A DNA stretch of 64,000 nucleotides from Tubiluchus corallicola. Lineage: Eukaryota; Animalia; Priapulida. The DNA lies in assembly GCA_030141605.1 (NCBI GenBank), contig JAQGDQ010000023.1:930001-994000 (forward strand), read 5' to 3'. Within the stretch, counting starts at the first letter, position 1; every line of letters begins with the position of its first letter. This document shows, piece by piece, positions 11,880 through 25,900 of this stretch. The notes beneath the pieces were generated by a model, which was given only the letters and a program-made list of their open reading frames with translations, was not told the DNA's origin and did not search any database. The position numbers and the translations under genes are program-made.

Positions 11880-14283
11880 AAATTTTAATTGCTTTAAACT
11901 CGCTAAATTTTAACTGATTACTCTGCAAAACTGAAAAATAATATTAGGGGTTACATATTGCTTACTCCAAAAATAGTGTTATGTTTGAACAAACGTGTCA
12001 CAGCTTTTTTTTACAAACATCGCTGTTTACAAGCAGTCGGGTGGAGTCCGTGTCATATTTCAACATACTCATGTATTAGACACAACAATTTAACAAAAGC
12101 ATGCAGATTTCTGTCGCAGCACAATTATTTATGTCGGAATATTACACATCATAAAAGAGTTACGAACAAGCCGACGTAGATAAAAATTAACCAAACAGAT
12201 TCCGGCATAGATACACATAAACAGTTTATAATTTCTTAGCACGAATGTGGTATAAACCTATAAGGTTACTCAATCAAAGCCGAAATGAATAATACTGATT
12301 ATTATAAGAAAGTATGCACGTTGCTAAAAGCAGACTGGACCCACGTGCATTTCACAGCATATGTGTAAACAAAACTAATTATACAAAAGCAGTTGAGAAA
12401 CCAGAGATTCCAGGGAATAATAGGACTTCCATTTACATTAGCCATTTGATAATTGTTGTTAGAAAGATGCCAAGATTTTCGTTAAGTTTCTGATTGTAAA
12501 ACCATCACCTGTGTCATCTTGGTTGCACAGTTATTTAAATGAACTAAAAATTTCACAATTTTTTTACACTATTGTTGCAAAGGCTAAACAATCTAGGAAA
12601 GCTGTTGAGCACTTTCGGCGGCGAAAGAACATTATTATTATTCGATTGACAAATTGCATTTGTGCATCTCAGCGTTGTAATATTCTAACTTTTCAGTTGT
12701 TATCAAACAAAGCAGTTTGGAAGAAAGCGTCTTTATTAATCTAGTGAAGCCAGACATACGTCAGCGTGCACTACCCCTACAGGTATGCATCAGTTTATGC
12801 TGCCCATGCTCTCTCTAGTTACACACTATTAGTTTGATGTTCATACTAATGTTATATCAGTTGTGTGGCGTGCATGCACCATGCATGGTTGAATGTGATA
12901 TATATGTACATAACCGACAAGTGTTCATCTATACAAAATATTCCGCGACAATTATTAACTATCTGTTTCCATGCGTTACCTAGCAACTGGAAAGCAATGG
13001 TTCGTTAAATATTACCATAATTTTTACTTTTGTGTTGCACATTTCCAACACTTTTGTGTTGCTCTATTATGAGTTCGTTTGCATTTGTGCATAACGGTTA
13101 GTGGTTGCACAAAGCCAAACGCATTGTTATTAATTGATAGAGAATCGCGTACATAAAGTGTATTCACAAAATACAGCGTAAAATGTGACAGACATTTCGG
13201 ATGCAATCACAAATTCTGAGGCTTAATGTTGACTTGAAGTTTTTTTTATATAGCAGAAATTTATGCGTAACATTTTAAAATTCATTATATAGGTTGCTAC
13301 GTAGAATGCATTAAAATAGGAGCAACAGCATTTAAATAACTTTTTAGTATTTACGTCATTCAGGAAAAATTTGGGCAAGTCCCACGTACATATAGGGGCT
13401 TTTGTTAAAAATAAGATAGTTGAAGTTCAAACGTTTAGAACATATAAGCCTACTTATTAATCGCGACAGGAACTAATACTAATATTGTTTTTATTGCAGT
13501 AAGTGTACGCAGTTGTCTACATGAACTGCGCTATTCAAAAGCAGTCAACAATATATATATATTATAGAGTTTTCTCTGTAACTGCTGCTCTGAAAAAATA
13601 TTTCCGGGCCATTAGGCCTAAATGCCTGGAGAGCTTCCTCTATTCAGCAACCTAAATTCACAAAACACGTAATACGAAAGTAAATAAAGACAACGAAAAA
13701 AAATTGTAACATGAAAAAGATAAGATAATCAGTAATAAAGTTAATAAAAAAAAACCTAACCTAAAGGCATTAAAGAAAATATAGTATATATAAGTAGAAA
13801 TATGAAGTAAAATAAAGTAAATATATGAATAGAAAACCGCTCTCAAGTTCGTTATTCTTGTTTTAGTTTATGAGCATGATTTTTTTCACAAATAACGATT
13901 TTACGAGAAAAAATCCGTTTATTTAGGTACCTGCATGCCGGACACTTGGTTCGAACTTAAATCCATTACTTGTTTTGATAGCTAAATGTGTTAATTTAGT
14001 TAAATACATAAATTAAATGATATCTTTTGAAATGAAAACTAATAATTACGTGTTTTCTTTCATTCAGCTTAACTATCTTTGTTCCATTATTTTCTTTATT
14101 TTTACTTTCATTTTCTTAACTATTTTGCTCTCTTTTATCCATTTCAGTTGCTACTTTTATTTCTTTATCTTTCTATATTTTCATTTCCTTTTTTTCTCTT
14201 TTTTCCAACTTTGAGCAGGAGTTTATAATCTGTAAACTAGCAAACTACAACAATTTTAAGAAATTCATACATACTCAGAAACT

Positions 14284-14444
14284 CATCATTGTAGTCGTCA
14301 TTTTAAATCGTCACCGTTATCGTTATTGTTAACACAATTAACATCAACATCCCCACTGACAATAATATTAACATCATCACTGACGTCACCTTTATCATCA
14401 TCATCATCGTCATCATCACCACATCATCATTACCATCATCATCC

Positions 14445-14477
<33 letters not shown>

Positions 14478-14960
14478 CCATCACCATCACCATCACCATC
14501 ACCATCATCATCATCATCATTACTATCATCGCCATTGTCATCATCATCATCATCACCATCATCATCATAATCATAATCATCATCATCACCATCATTACTA
14601 TCATCATCATCGTCATCATCATCATCATTATCATCATCACCCTCATCATTACTATCATCACCACTGTCATCATTATCACTGCTAAAATCAGGAACGGCAG
14701 GCAAGAGCAGTAACTGCTACAATAGGTTGCAATAGCAACAGCAATAGTTCACTGTTTCCATCATCATCATTTCACCAATTAAATCAATTCCAACAACAAT
14801 AGCAGTAGCAACAAAATCAAAATCGCCATCATCTCCATTAACATTATTATCACTATCAACAATAACATCGTCGTTGTAGTCGCCGTAATCGTTGTTTCAT
14901 CATCATTGTCATAATTATAGTTATCATAATCACCATCACGAAAATCAGCAATTAACAGCA
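14284..14960. repeat. Imperfect (CAT/CAC)n trinucleotide microsatellite and flanking low-complexity sequence
   Basis: Long CATCATCAT/CACCAT runs at ~14390-14680, degenerating on both sides. Confidence 0.95.
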
Positions 14961-17900
14961 AGAATACAAACAAGTAGCATATCACATAAATTTATATGTA
15001 TATTTTACTCACATCACACACAACACTCTGTTGCAAGACCTGCTCAACATAGATGAGGCATCACCAAGGCTAACCATCTAAAATGAGGCAGTGACCTGGC
15101 AGAAATGACTCAGTTAAGATTTGATGTGACAACAAGGAGGTAAACAGTAAGAAAATTAGTGAAGGAAACCACCCTGAGCGCGTATTGAACAAATTCATTT
15201 ACTAACTGGCTTCGTCATTGCTAACTAGCTAGCACATATCGTGGTCATTCGGCCTTTGCTTTGAAGTACCAACAATTAATTCATGAATCAAGTATATTAC
15301 AGTTATCTACATTGCAACTATCACTGTGAAACGTGCACATTGTAAAATTGATTACGTTATTATATGAACTGACATTCTGTATGACAGCTGCTACAATATG
15401 AACAAAATTATTTATATCATGTAATATCTTTTGTATGATTGAAGCATATGCTTTACACCCATCTCTATATGTTGATAAATTTATAAGCGGAAATAATGAG
15501 AACAAATTGAAACAGAATAATCAGAACAGAATAATCAGACATTGCAAGTTATATTTTGTCATAAGAATTGACCTTCAAAAACCTAGAATTATCTAAAAAT
15601 TATTTGAACGTTTGAAGGATTTTGGAAAATTGGCTAAAATTAAGTAGTATAATGAAAAGGAAAACATTTCATTTTTTTCCGCGATTTTCTGTTTACGCGC
15701 TGATTACAATCGTGGCTTTTTGTTGACATAGCAAGTTCAGCTGCCAGGCATTGGACAGTAGCTTTGCTGGAGGCATTTTACAACTATCTCCTTTATTTCT
15801 CATACCTGCCATTCTGTATTTATTTCACTTTAAGTATTTGATGTGTGTTCTCCTCGTTCCTTCTACTTTCTGTTTAACCGTGTATATTTGATTTGCTGCA
15901 TCTTATTCACCACGTGTTTCACTTCTTGTTTTCTTTCGCTTTTCAGTGATTGCAGAAGGCCGAAATGTCAGCTTAAATTAAAGCGAATTTAATCCAATGC
16001 TTATACCTCTGTTAACTTACATGAACTGGTAGTAAAAAAATGTCGGATCACCGTGTGGATAGGTTGGTGCTATATTAGGTGTGTGACATCAAACTACTTA
16101 ATAAAACTTTTGATGAGCTGAATATCTGTTTACGAGGGTGTTATAATTATGTTTTGAGAATTTTGCGATGCCTCTGCATGCGTGAAACGTTCGTATACTG
16201 TATGCATAGGACTGTTCAGTTTAAAATTTATTTGTACAATCATATAAGATTTTTTACGCAGTGTCAGAATTAAGAAACAGCGCAACCTGTCCCTTCCAGG
16301 GGCTAATTAAATGCATAAATGTTCTCCTAGTTTAGCATGTTCAGCTATTAACAATTTTCGTGTTTAGACTAAAATATGAAGTTTGTTCTAACAGTTGTCA
16401 GCATCCGCACTGGTAACAATAATAATTAGTTTTATCAGGAAATTAACTGCTGCTACAATAACACATGATGAAGCCAAGTGAGGGATTCACCATTATTACA
16501 GTAGCCAGGGCAAATGTTATCAATAATTCAACTCGACTGCTTGCAATTGTGGGTTTGTTTCAACGCAACAAAGTTCATGTAATCACTCAACGCTGGGTTG
16601 TTGATTAATTCTTTGTTTTATTAGTGTTCTAATAGCATTAGTGAATACCTTACTGGTAAACTTGCTTTTTGGTGTAGGTATGAAATACGTGATTACTCGA
16701 TAATACCACTCTAGAAAGTTTAGTGAAGTAATGTATAGTATAAAATCTAAATCATTCACTGGTGGATAAAATATTCACCTTAGTTAGCGAAATTTGACAG
16801 AGAATTGTCGCTCAACGAAAGCTCAAAGTATCGGAACATTGATTATCTAATTAGTATTGTCAATAACGACGTTGTTGATGGACTTAGCTTTTTAATAACT
16901 GTTAACTTTTATTTTTTATTTAATCCACATCACAAGTTTACAATTTGGAGACATTACACGTGGTTTAAATACTGATGTGGGCTGGGAGACTCATATATGG
17001 CGAAAAGCCGCAAACCGTACGAGCCACGCAGAAGACCCAGCGGCCAAAGATGAAATTAAATTAAAAAACCTTAATAGGGTGACTGCGTTTTCTCCTCTCA
17101 CTCTTCCTGTTTTTTTCATTCTTTTCTTCTTCTCCTACACATCCTTTTGGTCTCCTTTCCTTTCCTTCTATCTGATTCCTCTTTGTCCTATCTGATTCAT
17201 TCCCTTCCTAAACTCTAACCATGTAACAATTTAACGTGAACTGCTAAATGACAAATTTAAAGTTTGTTTTTAGATTGTGCGTTCCGAAAAAATAGTTTAA
17301 TTAGGTTAGACGTTTGCGATATACTTAATGAATGTCGGTGATTGCGACAGGACCGGAATCGTGCTCCTTATGAAGAACAATCATCTGAAGCTTTAAAAGG
17401 CAGAGATGTCTTAAACACGTCCGAGCAAGTATTTTATGCTAATTCATGCAGACTGAAGGCAAAATAAATCACTTTAATAGTAGGACTTTTTCTCCATCTT
17501 GTCTGCTGTACTGCAAGCGTACGCTGAGGCCGCAATAATTATAAAGCTCAGTTCGCACATTAAAAATACTTGTAAGTTCCTAAAATTTAATTCGTAAGCC
17601 ACTTCCCATCTCTATATTATAAGCTGCTCTAATGATAACATTAAAATCACCCGTTATTAACAATGGTTGATTTCCAGGGTACCACGTTTGAATTCGACAT
17701 TAAAATACTAAAAAAACATTTTATTTTTATAAAATATTTCTGAATTGGTAGTCTATACACACGAAATAGGTCTGCAGGTCACTTTCGTTATGGTTTTCAA
17801 ACGCAATGGAACTGAAATGCAAATATTTCTTAACCATTTCGTGGTCGGTCACAGGCATTAAGTAAATAATGACACGATACGTAACTTTACTGACTGGCTA

Positions 17901-20803
17901 AGCTACTGCAAAACTTATTGCATAGAAAAAGGGGTGCTATGTGATTAACGTTCATCTCTTAAATCAACCATTTTAAGTTTTACATAATCAATGTAATCAA
18001 ATTGGTTGGTTTTAGCTAGCTCAATGACAGAATTTTTAGACGATGAGCTGCGATGAGTCAGAATTAACAAATGCTGTACATATATAGACCTAATCAACAA
18101 TTAACTTAAGAGTTAATTAATCGAAGGAGGAAGGCTCTCAATTTGATATTTGAGCTATCAGCCCTCAGTCTACTGACTGTACATTGAACGTGTCGAAATC
18201 AGCGTAAAAATATGTTGTCCAAACAGTGTGCAAAGAGGATGAAAATGAGATGGTTACGAAATCTATATCAAGTAGAGAAAAGAAATGGATAAATAATTAC
18301 GAAATCAAGAGGAGTGGTAATCCTGTAACGTATGACATCTCTGAAACTGTCATTCACCCATTTCACATCCCCATTTTAGTCCAATCATGCTAAAGCCATG
18401 AAAGAATGCGAATGTAATTCATCGCAGGTTCAACAACCATTCTTTCACTTTTACTTCTAGACACAACAACCGTTATTACAAACGCCGTCGAGTTAAAATA
18501 TTAATGACAATCAGTATAACAGCGTTGTCTCTCCAGAGACCTCACGTTTCATTATCAGCTATACATTTAGTGTACCATCATAAACCATACAATCATTGAA
18601 TGAATATAGCAGCCACCCAATCCAAGCCGGTAGGGCATTCATTGTTGCAATCATTACATCTATTATCATAGGGGTTTATTCTGAAACCGATATAGGCTAT
18701 TAGGCATGATTATCTGTTCGGGTGTAAGGTTACTATAGCTGATTGTTTACCCAATTTTGCAATAGACTGCTGCTACATAAATTGTACCTAGCTGATATCT
18801 TAATATTAAGCGTTTTTAAAACGACATTATATGAATACGAGGAATATACGAGTTAAGTTTTAGGAAGGTATGTGCTTAAGAGTTCGTGTTTGTTTACTAC
18901 ATGTGAGTGGTTATAACGAAGTATTAGTTCCGACTTAATTTATTATATTTTATCCATTTCTTTCAGTTGTTACAGTATTTGACTAAAATATTTGAATAAT
19001 GTATAGCCTTTTCGATTGCCGTTCTCAGTTTAGCAGCGTTTAAATGTGCTGCTCATCTAAATTCTTTTTAACTGAAATTCACTTTGTATTTTGTAAGTTT
19101 TGTTGTGTCTTTAACGAAGTGAAGTGTTTTAACTTTTGTTTGGTGAAGTAATAGAATTTAAGTAAGCCACATATTATCCATGTGGTTTTCTTGTTTTGTT
19201 TCAGACTGACGAAAGACAGTCGACACTTGTGTTCAACAGTGGAGAAGATTCTTTTCCTAAAATCCAGACAAACGATACTAAGTCAAACCCAAACTGGGAG
19301 ATGATGAATTAATTTATACAGGCTGGATCAACATTGCGCCATTTATTCCCGACATGAATAATTTTTTTCAAACAAAAGTTTAGGCGACGAATTCAAATAA
19401 GCAAGAATATGCAGTCTTCTAGCAAAAAAGTTTTCATTTCTCAAAAAGCAGTAATTTTCAGTTACAAAAGAATGAAGCGGAAATTAGAGAAACGAGCCAC
19501 TTGGTTGCCCGTGCTCAGCCAAAACAACCTAGATATCTTACGAACTGACAATATTACGCAAGGTCCATATCCTGTTACCAGCACTCACCTAATTCATTTG
19601 CAAGTAAGTACAATGAAACCTACTCATGGAGACCAAGATCAAAAATTCTGAATAAATTGTCGTAAAAATTAAATAATATTTAGTCAAGTTGTAATTTCTG
19701 TCGAATTTTCTATTAATAAACGAATTTCATGTTTACTTTTGCGTATTAACGGCACTGATAAATGTACTATCTAGGAATATCAATCCTGTTCTACGTTATA
19801 GGTCCATTACGCATCCACACTAATAAGGTTAAAAACTTCATTATGCACATTGAAGCTTCTGTCATCATTATTAAAAGGCAAGATTATTGACTAGATTGTC
19901 GATAGCGTCCGATTGGTATTAACTATTTAACTGTTCAGGACAGTTACATGAGTTCAACATCTCATAAATATTGTTGATGCTGTATAAGTACAGCTGAATG
20001 CGCGGATAAGTGTTTACATAGTTTTGAAAACACCCTGGTACCGAGAAGTACATGATTCCGCTAATGAGCGTTAATGAGCGTTGTGCAATTAAGGTAATAA
20101 TAATGCATAAATTGTACACAGACATATTAGCAATTGGTGTGCATTACTATTCTGCAAAGTACTAGTTTGAAAATTAAATTATTGTATCAGGTACAAAATA
20201 ATGTTTTTCTGTTAGATTACAAATTGGATGGTACCAAAGAAACAGCATTTTCTAGAATCGTAGCTGCAATTAAATCATGATATCCAACCAAATTCATGTA
20301 CAGTTTCAATTTAAAGTAATTGAAAATCTTATAGACGTAGACTTATTAGACAATATTGTTTTTCCATTCATGTTTACGGACGCCAATGAAGCAAATAAGA
20401 GCTCCTGAAAAATTCCTAAAACATATAAATACTCATATTCAATAAGAAAACAATGAGATTTATTAAGTGGTTTTATTTTGTTTATTCACTTTTCTGGCTA
20501 TTTCCTTTCTTAATCAATATTTAGATGGCACGGAAACCACTTGAAAGTTGCCTAAGTGACTTAGCAATCTATATAAAAATCAATTATTAATTACAGGCTT
20601 CCAGGCTTTTATTAGATCTCAGATACGCAAAAATGCCGACGTTTTTTTGCTAAATTGCAACAAATATCTCCTGTGGCAGGGAGACCATCAACTACCTTTA
20701 ATGTCATAACTTTATTCACCAGAACTTCTTTCCTCCCCGGATTTCTCCGAAAAGCTTTAAAAGATTAATATACTTGCGGCGTTTGTTACAGGTAAGCACA
20801 ACT

Positions 20804-22283
20804 ATGGATCCAGCAAAAGCGCAAAGGGAAAGCATCAATCGCTTATTTTCCAGTCTCTTTGGTTTGATGGTTGTCGCAGCTCTCTTATTCATTACCGTTC
20901 AGTTCTGCTTCAAATTATTCCAGAAATACAGTAAGTTTCTTGTGAAAAAGAGACGACAAAAGACAACAAAAACAATTATCAGTTTTTAGAAACAAAATTT
21001 AAGTACAGTACTGTGCACTGGTTAATTATTATTCTAATAATTATTAACAGTATAGCGTCAATACTTTGGATTCGAAGATACTCAATACTTAATTAAATAA
21101 ATAACTGACTTACTTACTTATTGTTATAACAAGAGTGAAAAAAAGATAATGATGGTAACGTTAAAGATGGTGGTAATGATGACGATAAACTCCGGTGTAA
21201 GAAAATGTAAAAAGGAAAAACATGTTGGCCCAGTAATATGGCTAAATCAGTTATTAAAAAATATGGCAATCGAACACATTTTAATTAACAATAGTAGTCT
21301 TATTCTAACAAAATTTTTTGCAAAATGCCTGCAAATTTCATAAAGAAAACTACGGATAACATATTTAACAAGAATAGGCCCTTTGCGTTTGTTGCTATAC
21401 GAATACGAAGAATTGTTTCAACACTCTACAACAAATGTAACAACAAGTTACATATTCTGTTTCTAACGTCGATGTATAACATTTTAATTGTTAAAATGTC
21501 ACAGAGGGATCTATATGATTGATTGCTTTTGAAGAACATAACAGAAAATATTACCCCTGCGCTTTAGCTGCTCTTTTGGTGAGTGAGGTAAAATGGAATG
21601 ATTTTAAACAGTTTGCATAGAATACCCAGAGCACCTTGATTGGCATTACTAGATTTTATTAGTTATGATTTTTTGCGTTATTAAACTGTAAATGTTTTCT
21701 GAGACGACTATGCCTGTAGTCCAAATAAATTTCATAGAGTAAGTTTTCAACTATTTCAGATAGTCCAGTGAAAGTACGGGGTTTAATACGGACCAAAAGC
21801 TCTTCAGCTCGAAGAGCCTGGAGGCAATATAAAGAACAGCGAAATGCAATGAAAGAGGTGTCACAAAAAGGAAGTCCTCGGTTAAGTGTGTGCAGCGCCA
21901 CTATCCGATGCGATACCCAGTCAGTAGTGTCATTTACTAGTGCCAATTCTCTCATGACAAAAGGTGATAAAATGAACTCAGTGATATCAGTAACAAACTC
22001 AGTGGGATCAGCAGAGAAAAATGATAAATTGACAGGTATGGTTCCATTTGAAAACTTGATATCTCCTTTGATGAAAAAGGAGGAGCTGGAGAAGTCTAAA
22101 CTAATGTCACACCCAATATACCCAATGCGGGTGACAGTCAAAGCAGCAGATATCACCTCACCGACCAGACCAGTGTTGACTAGAATTGACATTCCACTGT
22201 CAGCGTCCACTGATGATGTCACACCTGTGATGCGACGCGCAGCATTTGCTCCTAGGTACCATTCAAAAACAACGACATTGTAA
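20804..22283 (+). CDS. Putative uncharacterised single-pass membrane protein (216 aa from ATG 20804; possibly extended by an upstream exon)
   Basis: Exon 20804-20930 (donor A|GTAAGT, phase 1) splices in frame to 21760-22283 (TTTCAG|). Hydrophobic helix LFSSLFGLMVVAALLFITVQFCF is followed by basic residues and a Ser/Thr-rich tail. AATAAA at 22376. A possible upstream exon 19462-19603 joins in frame to an acceptor at 20791. Confidence 0.6.
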
Positions 22284-22941
22284 CTAGCGCTCACAAGAAT
22301 GCATTTAACAGGTTATCATCTAAGAATGATACAATGCAAAACTAATGTGTGCTGTGAAAAAAAGTGCAATTTAATAATAAAAGGCCTTAAGTTGTTATTA
22401 CTAGAACTAAAGGTATTTTTCCTACATTTCTGATTTTCAATAATTATGTATTTATTATGATGCTTTTTATTGGTTTATTAAGTAGAATTATAAACGGGAC
22501 ACAAGTTGTTTTAGATGGATTTGTAGAAGAATTTTTCGTTTAATTTTAACAGAGAAACAGTCTGTTGATACTTAAAGAATTTATTAATAATAATTAACAC
22601 TATTAATTTTTATCACTATTTATACACGTTTACTAAAGAAGAGTAGTTACATATTATCACAAATGTTGATGTGTTTTTGTCAGTTCATACATTTTTCAAA
22701 ATTGGCTCATTTAACATTCATCTGTTAGAATGAGAGCAGCTAGCAAAAGAAAATTCTCACATTTGTGGTACTCACATGTGATAAACAGATTTTCGCCAAA
22801 ACAAAAATGTAGAGAAAGACACAGAAAGACACACGCCAATAAAAAATTATGCTACGCAAATATTATGAGGTGTTGTTTGTGAACAAATGGTGAACAATGC
22901 CACAAATGGCATTGTTTTGCATTCAAAGGTACACTGTTTTT

Positions 22942-25900
22942 CTAGTATACACCATAAGGCTTAACAGTGGGATAGACACCATGCAACTCTTCAGAGTCTA
23001 GATCCACGATGTCATCTTCAGTGCGTTCCATATTCTCTTCTTCCTGAACATCCACCAGGCCGTGGACACCTTTTATATCACCTGGTTTTGCATTTTGAAT
23101 ATCTATGATTTCGGACGACACCATAACTTGACTTGCTTGTGTGCTAAAGGTCCTTATTGCTTTGCGTAATACAGACCCAATGATGCTTTCCCTGTTTGAA
23201 TGTGGTTCTCTTCTAGATGTACTACGGCGTGTTGTGCGCCTAGAAGCAGTTAAGAATGGTCCAACAAGGAAGCCACCTCCCGCTAAACTGAATGCTATCA
23301 AGGCAGATCCATCCACTTTGCGATACGATTTCTTTTTTTCTGGTAGAAGGACTATGAGACACGATACGATTCCACCAAGTACTGCAGCGCCACCACCAAC
23401 TAAAAACACAGTTTGTGTTCCATCGAAATCGATCAAGAAACCTAAAAAGCCAAAAAATTTTTGATTGTATTTCGGATGACTTATCTAACACATAGATACC
23501 CTGACTTTGAGCCACGGAATTGCAATGACAAATTGAATACAACACCTTAGCAGTAATTAATGAATAAAAAGACCCACAATAAAAAACTGAAAAAGGAAAT
23601 AAAGGACAGAGCGTTTCGAAGTATAGTGATTAATCTGGTGAACAAATAAATACAAAAGAAGAGAAGAATTAAATGAGCACATTTGTAAATAAGTACAAGT
23701 CAGGAAATAAAGATTATTTTTGAGACTTAAAGCATTTTGATCCTTCGTTCATTCGTGACAGTATGGCTGTGGCATCGTCTATTTTTGTTCTTTACAGAAT
23801 GAGGAAGCCATGGTAGTCTATTTAGTGATGGACGTAGTTGTAATGACTTAGCGTTGGTATTGGACAACGATATTGGCATGTTCTGATGACTTATGCAGAG
23901 TAATGCAGAGTTATTAGCTTACCTGTTAACCCTGAGCCTAAGAGAAATATTATGGAAGTTGCAAGATGGAGAAGGCCTATCGATGTTGCCGTGCGGTGAC
24001 TTCCTGCAATATCGTTTGCCACTGTGTACAGCAACGGCTGATTGCCACTTTGCAGGAAGCCCATAACTGCTGCCCAGCACTGCAAAGCTAAGGATTGCTT
24101 GAACACTGGCAGTGTCACTAATAGCACTGTTACAATTCCAGTTAGACCTAGATACATACCAAAACCTACTTGCCGAAAACAAGGTTTAGTAAGTTTTTTC
24201 CAGCTCCACAGAGCACCCCACACCAGACGAAAGATCACTTCTGTTGTGCTCATGATAGCCAGCAATGTGCTTCCGTTCACGAACATTGACTGCGAATCGT
24301 CAATATCATCAGTATAGTAATCGTAATCAGTGCAATTATTACACTCAAAGCCAGAGTTATTCTCTCTGCTAATCCGCAGCGGTAATAAATTGAACACAAC
24401 ACCGTAATTTAAACGAAAACACATCACAGCAAATATATAAAAAATAAATCTGCAATCTTTCAGCAAGCTTGTGTGAAACCCTTGAATGCTGGCGGAACTC
24501 ACTTTTCTTGTCTTCTGTAGGATGTTTTCGGGTGTGTCAAACATGACAGCAAATAATTGGAGCTTGTTTTTGGGAAAAATGATGGAGTTGCCGCTGTCGT
24601 CAGCATTCGGCGGCTCGTAACTCTTCAAAGAAAAAGAACAGGCACAGATGAGAAATGTTATGCCGCCATAAATCAGAAATGTCCACGTATATCCATAGTT
24701 TCGCAGCAACACAGTACTGAGGAGAGGCATGACGATGCTTGATATCCCACTGCCAATTGTTACTAAGGAATACGCAAATGTCAGCCTCTTCTTAAAATAC
24801 TGAGGAATAATGCTGGAAGCAGATACCATGGATAAAGAAGCACCCAAAGCTAAACAATAAAAAAGAACTTGTTGATTAAAAAACGTTTAAGTAGAAGTGG
24901 CATTATTTTGTAACATCACGATAAACACTAATATGGACTTATTTTAAAGAACATAATGTAAGAATCCTGGAGTAAAAGCAGTAATGACTGGCGGGACTTT
25001 CGTAAAAACATCTAATTTTTAATGTTAGTTATTAGTTTATTGTAAGCGAACAAGACACGTCAAACAAAGAGTCATGCACAGTAATATTAACCTGAAAAGA
25101 GGCAGAAACACCACGCGAAATGCTACAAATGTTATACAAAAGGAAAGAAAAGGCAATTTTAAAGTAAATCCCCCCAAAAAAATTTCCATACAGTTATATT
25201 ACTTTGCATTACGCTTACATGTTTAAAATACTTAAGCAACTAGAAAGGAAAAATCTTAGTAATTTAAAATACTGGTGACAGCCGATAAAACGTTACTGTC
25301 CCACCTTCCCAGTGTGCACAACACGCTCACCGAATACCACTCATGTTATTAACCTCATTGGCAAGACAAGGTCATTTATGCGTTTCCTTACTTAGTGAAG
25401 TGTGCGCTAAAAATGCTCAAATTTTTTGAAACTTTACGCAATGTTAATTTCAAACATATGGCTGCAAACGTACATCAAAATGGCTGCTGCACTTTACGGT
25501 CTTAAACTACGCCACAGAGTTTAAGTGTTCAAGTTTTATACAGCGTTGCTGCTAACATAAGCTCTGTGCGCAATAAGACAGTATGTAAGTAACATATATA
25601 TCTATATATACATATCCTCGTATTCTAAAGGTTTAGCGTACACAAACAAATTTAAATCGCTTAATTTCAACCTACCGAAGACTACGCCGAACGTGCCAAA
25701 TAACACACCAATGTGGTGAGCAAAGTAGCTAAAGCACAATCCAGCTCCAGCAAGTATACCACCAAAAAATGCAATCTTTCGAAATCCAAAGAGGTTGGAA
25801 AGCAAAGCTGCAACGGGTCCTAGAATAATACAAGCAGTGTGACTCTAACCGAGCAAGTAATACTAGTGTGAAGATTCATTGTGCATCAAGAGGCTTTGTG

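Noticed and set aside
14303-14704. Poly-His (+), poly-Asp (-) and poly-Met (-) ORFs that look like metal-binding or biomineralisation proteins
   Set aside because: All three are translations of one (CAT)n microsatellite. There is no signal peptide, convincing splice context or non-repetitive coding flank.
19200-19235. Hammerhead-like CTGACGA...GACAC, and a similar Penelope-like motif at ~15945-15972
   Set aside because: The catalytic GAAA or CUGAUGA core is broken and stems I/III are not evident. The 19200 site could equally be a splice acceptor.
21659-22294. 211-aa minus-strand ORF
   Set aside because: Antisense shadow of the plus-strand exon 21760-22283, which has the splice support. It has a non-ATG start and no recognisable motif.
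23240-23545. Alternative SLC16 last-exon acceptor at 23546 and ORF 23240-23545
   Set aside because: Gives an early stop in the required phase. The acceptor at 23442 restores the conserved G-x-L-x-D-x-x-G motif.
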